64,000 nucleotides of DNA from a virus, in the IMG/VR virus record IMGVR_UViG_3300032050_000036, positions 1-64,000 of that record; one strand, 5' to 3'. Positions 1-9,200 of this stretch are shown here, in pieces (within the stretch, counting starts at the first letter, position 1; each line of letters begins with the position of its first letter). The position numbers and the translations under genes were made by a program. Under the pieces are notes generated by a model, which worked only from the letters and a program-made list of their open reading frames with translations, ran no database searches and was not told the DNA's origin.

Positions 1-20
1 ATCACTTAGGAGGTGACAAT

Positions 21-1148
21 ATGTCGGAAGAGATTAAGAAAAACCAGCCAGGAGAAACTGGCGAACTAGGCGGAACAGCCCCTGGTCTTTATCAAGGTCA
101 AGGTGCATTCGCTTCAGGTGGTGTTGGTGGTGTAACAGATCCAGGTGCAGATACACTTGGAAACATCCCTAATGCCAACTTTGGTGTTACCACTGGTCCA
201 AATGCCGTTAATCCTTCGGGTGATGCTGCAAGCGGAATCCTACGCCCTGAACAGGCACGTCGTTTTATTGACTACGTTTGGGATGCTACAATTCTCGCCC
301 AAGATGGCCGTCGTGTAACGATGAGAGCAAACACCATGGAACTCGAGAAGATCAATGTTGGTGAGCGTGTAATCCGTGCTGCTGCACAAGCAATCGGTAA
401 CTATACAAACACTGGCGCAACCTTCTCTAAGGTAGAACTTACCACAAAGAAAATCCGTTTGGATTGGGAAGTTTCTGCTGAAGCACTAGAAGACAATGTC
501 GAGGGAGGTGCATTGGAAGATCATCTTGTTAGATTGATGACCAATGCTTTTGCTAATGACATTGAAGATCTAGCAATTAATGGTGATGGAACAACAACAC
601 CATTCCTTTCAATCATGCCTGGCTTCATCAAGAAGCACCAGGATAATGGAGACTCACACGAAGCAGCAATTACCGTTGCTGATAACGCATGGACTCCAGA
701 AAAGATGCAGGAAATTATCCTTGCTATGCCACGCAAGTACCGTGCACTTAAGAACAATCTTAAGTTCTATGCAGGTACAGATGCATTCGCAGGTATCGTT
801 AAGAACAACGGTACATTGTCTGATGCAATCGCTGAAGCACTTGGCAAGAATGGTAATACCTATGCTAACACACAGGCCTACCTTGATGGTCAAGGTCAGA
901 CATTCGGTGGAGCACGTACAACTCGTGTTCTAGGTATCGATGTCCAAGAAGTTCCTTACTACCCTGAAGGATATGTCGATTTGACATTCCCACAGAACCG
1001 TGTTTGGGGCTTCCAGCGTGATATCGTCGTAAACCGTGAATATGTTGCTAAGAAGGACACAATTGAATATACTGTGTTCGTTCGCTTCGGTATTCAATGG
1101 GAAGAAGAAGACGCTATTGCATGGGCAGACGCTGCTGCAGATGCATAA
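21..1148 (+). CDS. Major capsid protein (HK97-like fold)
   Basis: AGGAGG RBS; GILRPEQARRFID, EALEDNVEG, DIEDLAINGD and REYVAKKDTIEY segments typical of HK97-fold capsids; followed by a terminator and connector genes. Confidence 0.9.
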   Translation: MSEEIKKNQPGETGELGGTAPGLYQGQGAFASGGVGGVTDPGADTLGNIPNANFGVTTGPNAVNPSGDAASGILRPEQARRFIDYVWDATILAQDGRRVTMRANTMELEKINVGERVIRAAAQAIGNYTNTGATFSKVELTTKKIRLDWEVSAEALEDNVEGGALEDHLVRLMTNAFANDIEDLAINGDGTTTPFLSIMPGFIKKHQDNGDSHEAAITVADNAWTPEKMQEIILAMPRKYRALKNNLKFYAGTDAFAGIVKNNGTLSDAIAEALGKNGNTYANTQAYLDGQGQTFGGARTTRVLGIDVQEVPYYPEGYVDLTFPQNRVWGFQRDIVVNREYVAKKDTIEYTVFVRFGIQWEEEDAIAWADAAADA

Positions 1149-1167
1149 TCTGTAATCAGTAACCTTT

Positions 1168-1210
1168 GAGAGGGGGCAGGGGGCTAGTTCTCCTCCCCCT
1201 CTTAATCTTT
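1168..1210 (+). terminator. Intrinsic terminator after the capsid gene
   Basis: GAGGGGGCAGGGGG-ctag-TTCTCCTCCCCCTC hairpin followed by ttaatcttt. Confidence 0.7.
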
Positions 1211-1217
1211 AGTATTC

Positions 1218-1226
1218 TGTTATAAT
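1218..1226 (+). promoter_or_regulatory. Extended -10 promoter (TGnTATAAT)
   Basis: TGTTATAAT upstream of the AGGAGG RBS of the 1248 gene. Confidence 0.7.
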
Positions 1227-1247
1227 AGTCACATAGGAGGTAAAATA

Positions 1248-1733
1248 ATGGAAGAAAATAATTTTAATAATGAGACACCAGTAGAAAATTTTGTTGCTCC
1301 AGAGGCTCTAGTAGAAGCAGCAATTGTTGATGAGGCAGTTGTGGACGCTCCTATGCCAGAAACAAAGGTGGAAGAGGTAGCAGCAGAAAATAATTTTGAG
1401 GCATCAGTAACTGAGGCTGTAGAAACTACAGATGCAATTACAACATCAGACTTTGCTGGAGGATCAAGTACAGCACAGGCTGTCGGACAAGTTGCCAACG
1501 GTGTAATTGGAGTAACACGTGTAGAGCGCAAGGTTGAAAAACCATCTACTATTGTTAAGAAGTCAAATAAAACAGTTGCTATTCATTCTACAAAGAATGT
1601 AAGTCTACCTGGAGTTGGTAAGGTATATCGTGGATATAACATTGTCACACCAGATCAGGCTGAAAAATGGCTAACTCGCAACCATGTTCGTCTTGCTACA
1701 CCAGAAGAAGTAGCCAAGGAGTTTGGTCGCTAA
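1248..1733 (+). CDS. Hypothetical protein, acidic N-terminus and compact basic C-terminal domain (possibly virion associated)
   Basis: Own promoter and RBS; lies between capsid and adaptor genes. Confidence 0.6.
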   Translation: MEENNFNNETPVENFVAPEALVEAAIVDEAVVDAPMPETKVEEVAAENNFEASVTEAVETTDAITTSDFAGGSSTAQAVGQVANGVIGVTRVERKVEKPSTIVKKSNKTVAIHSTKNVSLPGVGKVYRGYNIVTPDQAEKWLTRNHVRLATPEEVAKEFGR

Positions 1734-2642
1734 ATGGATATTCTGAGAGTTCCGACAGGTTCGTATTTAAGTTATGTTAGACCGTCTAGCGGTAAAATGG
1801 CATATACTGTTACAGACTTGTCGGACTCATCAGTAGTCCTAGAAGAAGAAATATTCCCACCAATATCAAGTCCAGTAAGCATTGATTTAAGTTCAATAAA
1901 GCATGACGGCGAATATGTTATAAACATAGATAACTGGGAAATAGATGACACTCAAACAGAATCATCAGAAATTTATTTTACATTAGTTAGGCCATATTCA
2001 AATCCAAATGATCATGGAACTACTGCGAGTGAGATTGCAACATATACATCTAACGAAGAATTAGCCAGAGCAATTATAGATTCTGTATGCGATGTAGAAT
2101 TTTATTATAAGAAAAAAATAATTCAAACAACAGGTCAAGGCACAGACTACCTACCTATTTGGGTAGATGCTAAAAAGGTTTTAAAAGTTTACGAAAACAA
2201 TGTTTTGCTTTATGATGCAGATGATTTAGAAAATTCTGTTTCATCATTTGAGATTATTCCAGACGGCTCAGCAATCACAATGACATTTAATGATGCAATT
2301 AATAGAGATGAGTCTGCTCGTATTTTGTTGCCAGCATCTCCAACAGATATTACAGAACTTGACTACTCTGCAAGAGGATTTCCAAAAGGCTGGGACTATA
2401 CAATAGTATTAGAAGTAGGATACAACAAAGTACCGTCTGATATCGTAAGAGCAACAGAGTTACTTATTCATGATATCGATTGTGGAAAGTTAGATTATTA
2501 CAAGCGTTACATAGGTGCTTATAATACAGATCAATTTAGAATTCAGTTTGATAAAGCAGTATTTGAAGGTACTGGCAATTTAATTGTAGACAAGATACTT
2601 GATAAATATCGCAAGCCGATTGAGTTCGTCGGGGTACTGTAA
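1734..2642 (+). CDS. Head-to-tail adaptor
   Basis: Position; C-terminal GYNKVPSDIVRATELLI and TGNLIVDKILDKY motifs typical of adaptors. Confidence 0.7.
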   Translation: MDILRVPTGSYLSYVRPSSGKMAYTVTDLSDSSVVLEEEIFPPISSPVSIDLSSIKHDGEYVINIDNWEIDDTQTESSEIYFTLVRPYSNPNDHGTTASEIATYTSNEELARAIIDSVCDVEFYYKKKIIQTTGQGTDYLPIWVDAKKVLKVYENNVLLYDADDLENSVSSFEIIPDGSAITMTFNDAINRDESARILLPASPTDITELDYSARGFPKGWDYTIVLEVGYNKVPSDIVRATELLIHDIDCGKLDYYKRYIGAYNTDQFRIQFDKAVFEGTGNLIVDKILDKYRKPIEFVGVL

Positions 2643-3091
2643 TGGTAATATGCGAAACTCCAGACTTCGCATTTCCTATGCAAGCAGATGTATATCATCC
2701 AATAGTTGAGCAAGGAATTTATGGAGAAGTTAAAAAGACTTGGGTTTTAGACCGTACTATTGCATGCTCGTTTGCTGCAGCAGGAACTGCATTTAAAGAA
2801 GAAGTAACTCCAAACATTAATATTACCCAGGACAAAATACTTCTTGGTAGATGTAAAACAGACATAAGGATGTCTAGTTTAGATGCTAGAAATGCTATTA
2901 CAAATGTTATTATCACAAACATAAAAGATAAAAATTGTAATCCTATTTATTTAGAAACATCTGGCCCACGTGCAGGAAAGTCTACAATATTTGAAATAGC
3001 AACACAAGACCCATTTGCTGGACCATTTGGAAATGTTGAATACTATAAACTCATTCTTCGCAGATCTGAGAATCAGGCGGTAGATGTATGA
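2642..3091 (+). CDS. Head closure (stopper) protein
   Basis: Synteny after adaptor; about 150 aa, beta-rich. Confidence 0.55.
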   Translation: MVICETPDFAFPMQADVYHPIVEQGIYGEVKKTWVLDRTIACSFAAAGTAFKEEVTPNINITQDKILLGRCKTDIRMSSLDARNAITNVIITNIKDKNCNPIYLETSGPRAGKSTIFEIATQDPFAGPFGNVEYYKLILRRSENQAVDV

Positions 3092-3762
3092 GGGTTGTAT
3101 TTAATAATTCTGCATTTCGTAAAGAGATGAAAAATATTATTGATTATTCTATCGGCTATGTTGAAGGAATTCAGGGTGGCAAAAAAGCATTTCTAAATAC
3201 ACTAGGATTAGAAACAGTAGAATTAATGAAAGAATATATAGATTCAAATGCCAGGGTTAATCCAGAAATGCTTCATCATGTTTATGAATGGAATCAAACA
3301 GGAAGCCCAAACTCTAGATTATTTGATATACAGTATGTAACAAGTTCAATAGGGCTTTCATTTAGATCAACTTTTAAGCAGTCTACATCTATTAAGAATG
3401 GATCCCGTGTTCCATTTTATGACAAGGCTAGAATTATGGAACAGGGAATTCCAGTTACCATTATTCCTAAAAGAGCACAGGCATTAGCATTTGAGGTAGA
3501 TGGAGAAACAGTATTTACAAGACAGCCAGTTGAAGTTTTAAATCCTGGAGGAGAAGCAGCGCAGGGTGGATTTCAAAAAGTATTTGACTCATTCTTTAAT
3601 AGATTTTTTACACAAGCATTTTTAAGGGTGAGTGGTATTGCTAAATATTTAGAAAACCCAGTAGCATATAAAAAGAATCTATCTGCTGGCAAGCGTGGCG
3701 GTAAAATAAAGGGATATGAAACTGGATATCGCTGGATAGCAAATGCAGGAGTTGGACTATGA
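3088..3762 (+). CDS. Neck / tail completion protein
   Basis: Synteny; IIPKRAQALAFEVDGETVF..V.NPG motif typical of gp10-like neck proteins. Confidence 0.55.
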   Translation: MRVVFNNSAFRKEMKNIIDYSIGYVEGIQGGKKAFLNTLGLETVELMKEYIDSNARVNPEMLHHVYEWNQTGSPNSRLFDIQYVTSSIGLSFRSTFKQSTSIKNGSRVPFYDKARIMEQGIPVTIIPKRAQALAFEVDGETVFTRQPVEVLNPGGEAAQGGFQKVFDSFFNRFFTQAFLRVSGIAKYLENPVAYKKNLSAGKRGGKIKGYETGYRWIANAGVGL

Positions 3763-4448
3763 CAGAATCTACATCAGTATTAAATACACCAGTACTATGG
3801 ATTAATAAATATTTACAAGAAAAACTTTCTATTTTAATATCAGAAGAAGTAAACAATAGAGGCCTGTGGAGTTTTAGTATTGCCTATAGTACAAATGATT
3901 TAGTTGAATATTTAGGTATTTATTATGTTGCTAAAAGAGCATCAACAAACAAAGCCCCTAATTCAAGTTCTGATGACTGGCAAATTTTTGACATATCTCC
4001 AGATCTTGTACCATTTTTTCCTACTGGCCCAACTACCCTAGAAACTCTTCAGACACAATTTCCAGAAGGTGGCACTATGGCTGTTTGGGACAGAATGTTT
4101 AAAATGCGTAGAGGTCCATTTCCACATATAAAATGTGAACAATTGTTATATTATTTTTATGCTACAGGATTAAGTCCAAATTTAAGGATGATTAAGATTC
4201 AAGAGGCGATAATGAGACTCTTAGATCGTGGAGACGAAAGTGCTCAGGATGTAAATTTGTGGGCCAAAAATCATGGTCCAATTGATGGAATGGATTGCAA
4301 GTTCTACTTCCATGACTTTAAGATATATCAGTTAGAAGAGGCAAGAGATATAGTTGACTTTGGAACAGCCCGAACTTATGCAGGTAATAAGATCATTATT
4401 GACTACGACTACCATCAAATGCCAGATATTATAAACTCAATAAATTAA
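3759..4448 (+). CDS. Tail terminator-like protein carrying a CBM5/12-like insertion
   Basis: Immediately precedes the tail tube gene; insertion W-x5-Y-x3-DLV-x-Y-x-G-x2-Y-x-A...P...W. Confidence 0.55.
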   Translation: MTESTSVLNTPVLWINKYLQEKLSILISEEVNNRGLWSFSIAYSTNDLVEYLGIYYVAKRASTNKAPNSSSDDWQIFDISPDLVPFFPTGPTTLETLQTQFPEGGTMAVWDRMFKMRRGPFPHIKCEQLLYYFYATGLSPNLRMIKIQEAIMRLLDRGDESAQDVNLWAKNHGPIDGMDCKFYFHDFKIYQLEEARDIVDFGTARTYAGNKIIIDYDYHQMPDIINSIN

Positions 4449-4518
4449 TAAAGGGCTGTATACTAGTGGTTGAGGAAACACGCCTTTTAATTTCTAGAAA
4501 AATAAAGAGGTGAAATAA

Positions 4519-5136
4519 ATGGCATATACACGTGGTGATAGTACACAAATCATCGTAGGTGCAGCAGCACTTTTTACGTATGAGGATGGTCCACTACCAG
4601 AAGCAGGTGTCCTTCCAGGATATTCTGCTGGTACATCTTACAAGGAAACTCTATCTTCAGAGGCAGGTTTCCGTAACGTAGGTTATACAATGAATGGTTT
4701 GGAACTTCAGTTCCAACCAGACTTCGGTGAAGTTGCTGTTGATCAGGTTCTTGACGTTGCCAAGTTGTTTAAGCAAGGCATGCAAGTTAACCTCAATACA
4801 ACATTTGCTGAGGCAACATTGGAAAATCTTTTGTTTGCTCTTGCAGGCAAGGATTCCAATCTTGAAACTGTAAGTGGTAATCCAACACTAAATCTTTCAG
4901 CAGGCGATATTGGCGAATGTCCAGTAGAGCGTGGTTTGGTTGCAGTAGGTCCAGGAACTGGTGACTGCGCTGACTCAGATTCAATTGAAAGAATCTATGT
5001 TGCATACCGTGCACTCTCAATCGAGAATGTAACAGTATCAGCAAAGCGTGATGAAGCAACAATGTTTGAGGTTTCATTCCGCCTACTTCCAAATGATAAC
5101 GCATCATACGGTAAAATCGTAGATCGTTCTCTATAA
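4519..5136 (+). CDS. Major tail (tube) protein
   Basis: GAGGTG RBS; IIVGAA, NVGYTMNGLEL, VDQVLD, TFAEATLENL, FEVSFRLLP motifs of actinophage tail tubes. Confidence 0.85.
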   Translation: MAYTRGDSTQIIVGAAALFTYEDGPLPEAGVLPGYSAGTSYKETLSSEAGFRNVGYTMNGLELQFQPDFGEVAVDQVLDVAKLFKQGMQVNLNTTFAEATLENLLFALAGKDSNLETVSGNPTLNLSAGDIGECPVERGLVAVGPGTGDCADSDSIERIYVAYRALSIENVTVSAKRDEATMFEVSFRLLPNDNASYGKIVDRSL

Positions 5137-5156
5137 TACAATTTAATAAAAAGATT

Positions 5157-5183
5157 AGCCCAGCCAAAAGGTTGGGCTTTTCT
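5157..5183 (+). terminator. Intrinsic terminator after the tail tube gene
   Basis: AGCCCAGCC-aaaa-GGTTGGGCT-TTTCT. Confidence 0.85.
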
Positions 5184-5186
5184 GTT

Positions 5187-5195
5187 TGGTATAAT
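5187..5195 (+). promoter_or_regulatory. Extended -10 promoter for a leaderless mRNA
   Basis: TGGTATAAT 6 nt before ATG 5202; no RBS. Confidence 0.75.
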
Positions 5196-5201
5196 GATTA
5201 T

Positions 5202-5888
5202 ATGGCAACAGAAGTATATGAAAGTGCGTATATAAAGTTAATAGATGGAACATCAGTCTATATAACACCACTAAAAATAAAATATCTTCGTCAATTTATG
5301 CAAGAGTTTGAAACAGTAAAAACAGCAAACGGAGATGATGAGGCCATAGCAGCATTGGCTAGATGTGCATTAATAACAATGCAACAATATTATCCAAAAA
5401 TAAATACTGTAGAAGAGTTAGAAGATAATTTAGATTTAAAAACAATATATAAGATTGTAGATATTGCAGCAGGTATAAAAATAGACAAAAACTCAGATCA
5501 GGAAGTAAAGCAGCAAGCCACAGACAGTGGAGCATCATGGGATGACCTAGACCTGGTAAAGTTAGAGTCAGAGGTATTTTTACTAGGTATTTGGAAAGAT
5601 TACGAAGAATTAGAAATATCAATGTCAATGCCAGAACTAACTGCTACACTAAACATTAAAAGAGAATTAGACTATTCAGAAAAAAAGTTTTTAGCAGCAA
5701 TACAGGGTGTGGACCTAGATAAAAATACCAAAAAGTCAAATGCATGGGAAGAAATGAAGGCAAGGGTTTTCAGTAAAGGAAAAGCACAAAATGCAAAGGA
5801 TGTTTTGGCATTACAAGGGGTAAATGCACAAAAGGCAGGATTTGGAATTGGAATGGGATTGGATTACGAAGATTTAACCAAAAAATAA
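5202..5888 (+). CDS. Tail assembly chaperone, long in-frame (gpGT-like) form
   Basis: Between tail tube and tape measure; N-terminal half paralogous to 5933-6262; C-terminal half has WKDYEELEISMSMPEL, a gpT-like segment; start moved to ATG 5202. Confidence 0.75.
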   Translation: MATEVYESAYIKLIDGTSVYITPLKIKYLRQFMQEFETVKTANGDDEAIAALARCALITMQQYYPKINTVEELEDNLDLKTIYKIVDIAAGIKIDKNSDQEVKQQATDSGASWDDLDLVKLESEVFLLGIWKDYEELEISMSMPELTATLNIKRELDYSEKKFLAAIQGVDLDKNTKKSNAWEEMKARVFSKGKAQNAKDVLALQGVNAQKAGFGIGMGLDYEDLTKK

Positions 5889-5898
5889 TATCCCCTTA

Positions 5899-5907
5899 TG
5901 GTATAAT
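5899..5907 (+). promoter_or_regulatory. Extended -10 promoter
   Basis: TGGTATAAT followed by a TAAGGAGG RBS. Confidence 0.7.
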
Positions 5908-5932
5908 TGATTCAACCTTATAAGGAGGACTA

Positions 5933-6262
5933 ATGGCTACAACCGTGCACGAAGAAAAGTCAATTAAGTTAATTGATGGCACAGAAATAAAGGTAAGACC
6001 ACTTAAGATCTCTTTACTCCGTCCTTTTATGAAAAAGTTCGAGGGTATTGCAGGAGTGGCAGACGATAATGAAAAATCTATGACTCTACTTATGGAGTGC
6101 GTTGCTATTGCAATGAAACAGTATAAGCCAGAGTTATCGGAAGATATGGATGCGCTAGAAGAAATCCTAGATCTTCCAACAGTTTACAAGATCGTAGAAG
6201 AGGCTTCTGGAATCAAACTATCAGAAGCAGCATCTCTTGTCGGTAATCTTGTAAATAATTAA
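5933..6262 (+). CDS. Tail assembly chaperone, short (gpG-like) form
   Basis: Directly before the tape measure; IKLIDGT..PLKI..LR.FM...LDL.T.YKIV..A.GIK shared with the upstream gene. Confidence 0.75.
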   Translation: MATTVHEEKSIKLIDGTEIKVRPLKISLLRPFMKKFEGIAGVADDNEKSMTLLMECVAIAMKQYKPELSEDMDALEEILDLPTVYKIVEEASGIKLSEAASLVGNLVNN

Positions 6263-6284
6263 TTAAATAAAGAGGTGTTAATGG

Positions 6285-9200
6285 ATGGCTGATGTTCAAT
6301 CTAATATTCACGTAAATATAGATACGTCTGAAGCATTAGCCAGTATCAAACTTTTACAAAAGCAGATATCAGCCTTCCATTCCTCGATGGCGAAGAGTGG
6401 CGCTGCAGCAGCAGCCGTCTCCGCCAATATGCAACAAAATTTAATAAACTCTTTAAATGCTACAGGCAAATTCTCTGCCTCAATGCAAAATGTAAAAACT
6501 ACTACTGAGTCTTTTACTAATGCTCTTGAAAAAAATAAATTATCAATGCGGGATTATTACCGCTACTCAATGGGAGCAACAAAAACATTTGGCAAGTTCT
6601 TTAGGTCTGAATTTGATACTATAAATAAGGTAGCAAGAGAAAGAGTTAAAGATTTACAAACCCAATATATTAAAATGGGTCGTGATGCCAATGGAGCAAT
6701 GAAGGCTATTGCCGTTAGACCACTCGCATTAGATATGCAAAATCTTGGAACACAGACACAGATTGCTGCACAAAGACAAGCATTGCTTAATCAATTATTA
6801 AAACAAGGCTCAACTAATATGTTGAACTTTGGTAAAAATACGCAGTGGGCTGGTAGACAGTTAATGGTTGGTTTTACAATACCATTGGCTTATCTTGGAA
6901 CTACTGCTGCTAAAACTTTTATGGCACTTGAAGAACAAGCCATTAGATTTAAACGTGTTTACGGTGAATTATTTACAACTGGTCAAGAGACAGACAATAT
7001 GCTTAAGGAGATCCAACTCCTTGCTAAAGAGTTTACAAAGTATGGCGTAAGTGTAGAAAATACAATGAAGATGGCAGCAGATGCTGCCGCTTCTGGCAAG
7101 ATGGGTGCAGATCTTCTTGCACAAATAAACGAAGCAACTAGGCTTGCAGTATTAGGTGGAGTTGAACAAGAGCAGGCATTAGAAACAACAATATCTTTAA
7201 CAAATGCTTTTGGAATAGCAGCAGAAGATTTAACTAAAAAAATTAACTTTTTAAACTCAGTTGAAAACCAAACAGTTGTATCTATTGAGGATTTAACTAT
7301 TGCAATTCCTAAAGCAGGTCCAGTCGTTAAGCAATTAGGTGGAGATGTTGAAGACTTAGCATTCTTCCTTACTGCCATGAAAGAAGGCGGGATTAATGCA
7401 TCAGAAGGCGCTAACGCACTTAAGTCTGGTTTAGCATCTTTAATTAATCCAACAGAAAAAGCAAGTGCGATGTTGGCAGAAATGGGAATAAATATTCAGG
7501 GTATTGTTGAAGGAAATAAGGGCAATGTTAAGGGCGTAGTTATGGATTTTGCCCAAGCATTGAATACTCTAGATCCACTAAATCGTGCTCGTGCAATTGA
7601 GCAATTGTTTGGTAAGTTTCAATTCTCTCGTTTATCAACACTATTTCAAAATGTTATTCAAGAAGGAAACCAAGCAAGCCGTGTACTTCAGTTAACTAAA
7701 GCGACAACTGAAGAACTTGCTATTTTGTCAGAACGAGAATTAGCAAGAGTAGAAGAGTCTACAACTTATAAATTTAAGAAAACTATTGAAGATTTAAAGG
7801 TAGCAATAGCCCCAGTTGGAGAAGAATTCTTAAAGGCTATCACCCCAATAGCAGAATTTGTAGGAAATGTTTTAGAGAAGTTTAATAATCTTGGCGACGG
7901 CACAAAGAAATTTGTAGTAATATTAACTACATTATTGGGCGGAATCGGTCCTATATTCCTAATGACCTTTGGTTTGTTGGCTAATGGTTTGGCTAATATT
8001 ATTAAACTTTTTGTTAACATTAAGAGTGTATTTAATAGAACTGGTCAATCTTCAAAAATATTAGGAGATCAGACTAGTTATTTAACATCAGAACAATTAA
8101 AGGCAGCAGCAGTTGCATCGTCATTAAATCAGGTTCATACTAGACTTTCTCAAACCTTTACATCTGAAATTGCTGCTCTTAATGCTTTAGTTGCTGCATA
8201 TAATAGAGCAATTGCTGCACAAAGGGGATTTGGTGGACCTATTGTTGGTAAGGGTAGAAAAGGATTTGCAGATGGAACTAAAAAAGTAAAACCATTCTAT
8301 TTTGCAAGAGGAACAGATACAGTACCTGCAATGCTAACTCCTGGAGAGGCAGTTATTCCAGCAGGACCAGCACAGGATCCACGCAACAAGCCAGCAATTA
8401 GCCATATGATTGCAGGCGGAGTAATGGAGCAATTTAAGGTTGGAACAGTTGGTGCTGGAGACTTTTCGCATATTGGCGGAATGCGTACTGTAGGTGCACT
8501 AGATTTAGCAAATATGCTTAAGAGAATGCCTGCAGGAATTATTAGTGATAGAGCCATGAAGGCAGTAGAAGCAGTTGCAATGAAGTTTGCTAATACACTT
8601 AAAATAAATCTTTACGGAAAACTTGGCATAACAACTGGTATGTCATCTCAATTAGATGCAAGAGGCAAGCCAGTATCAATGAATAATCTCATGAAGGCTG
8701 GTGGTCGTGGTGTTGGCAAGGGTGAATTCATGGCTGACTGGGATAAGAGAGGTTTGGATAGATGGAAGATATCACTACGTAATGGTGGTATGAAGATGCA
8801 AGATGTTGCTCAAGATTTAGCAATCTTGGACACACATATGAAAGATTATTTAACAAGCCTTGATGCAAACACTAGAATTACAGATGTGCATGTAAAACAA
8901 GCCTATGATCATGCCAAGAGACAGATGGGGGCAAACAATAAATTAGTTCAGGCATTTGATCAACTTGCTTTAACTGCAGGAGAGGCAAGAATTAATATAT
9001 CCCAAGCAGCACAAAAGGCTGCAGGCCTTTCAACAGTTGCTGGCGGAGGAAGCAAGGGTGCGGTTAATGTTGGAGGAATGAAGATTCGTCGTGGTGGAGA
9101 TAGATTTACATTCTATAAGAGAACTGGATTTAGTTTAGTAGATTTTGCAGAAAAAAGCATGGTAGAAGGTATGATGGAAAGAGCACAGGTTGCTTCTCCG

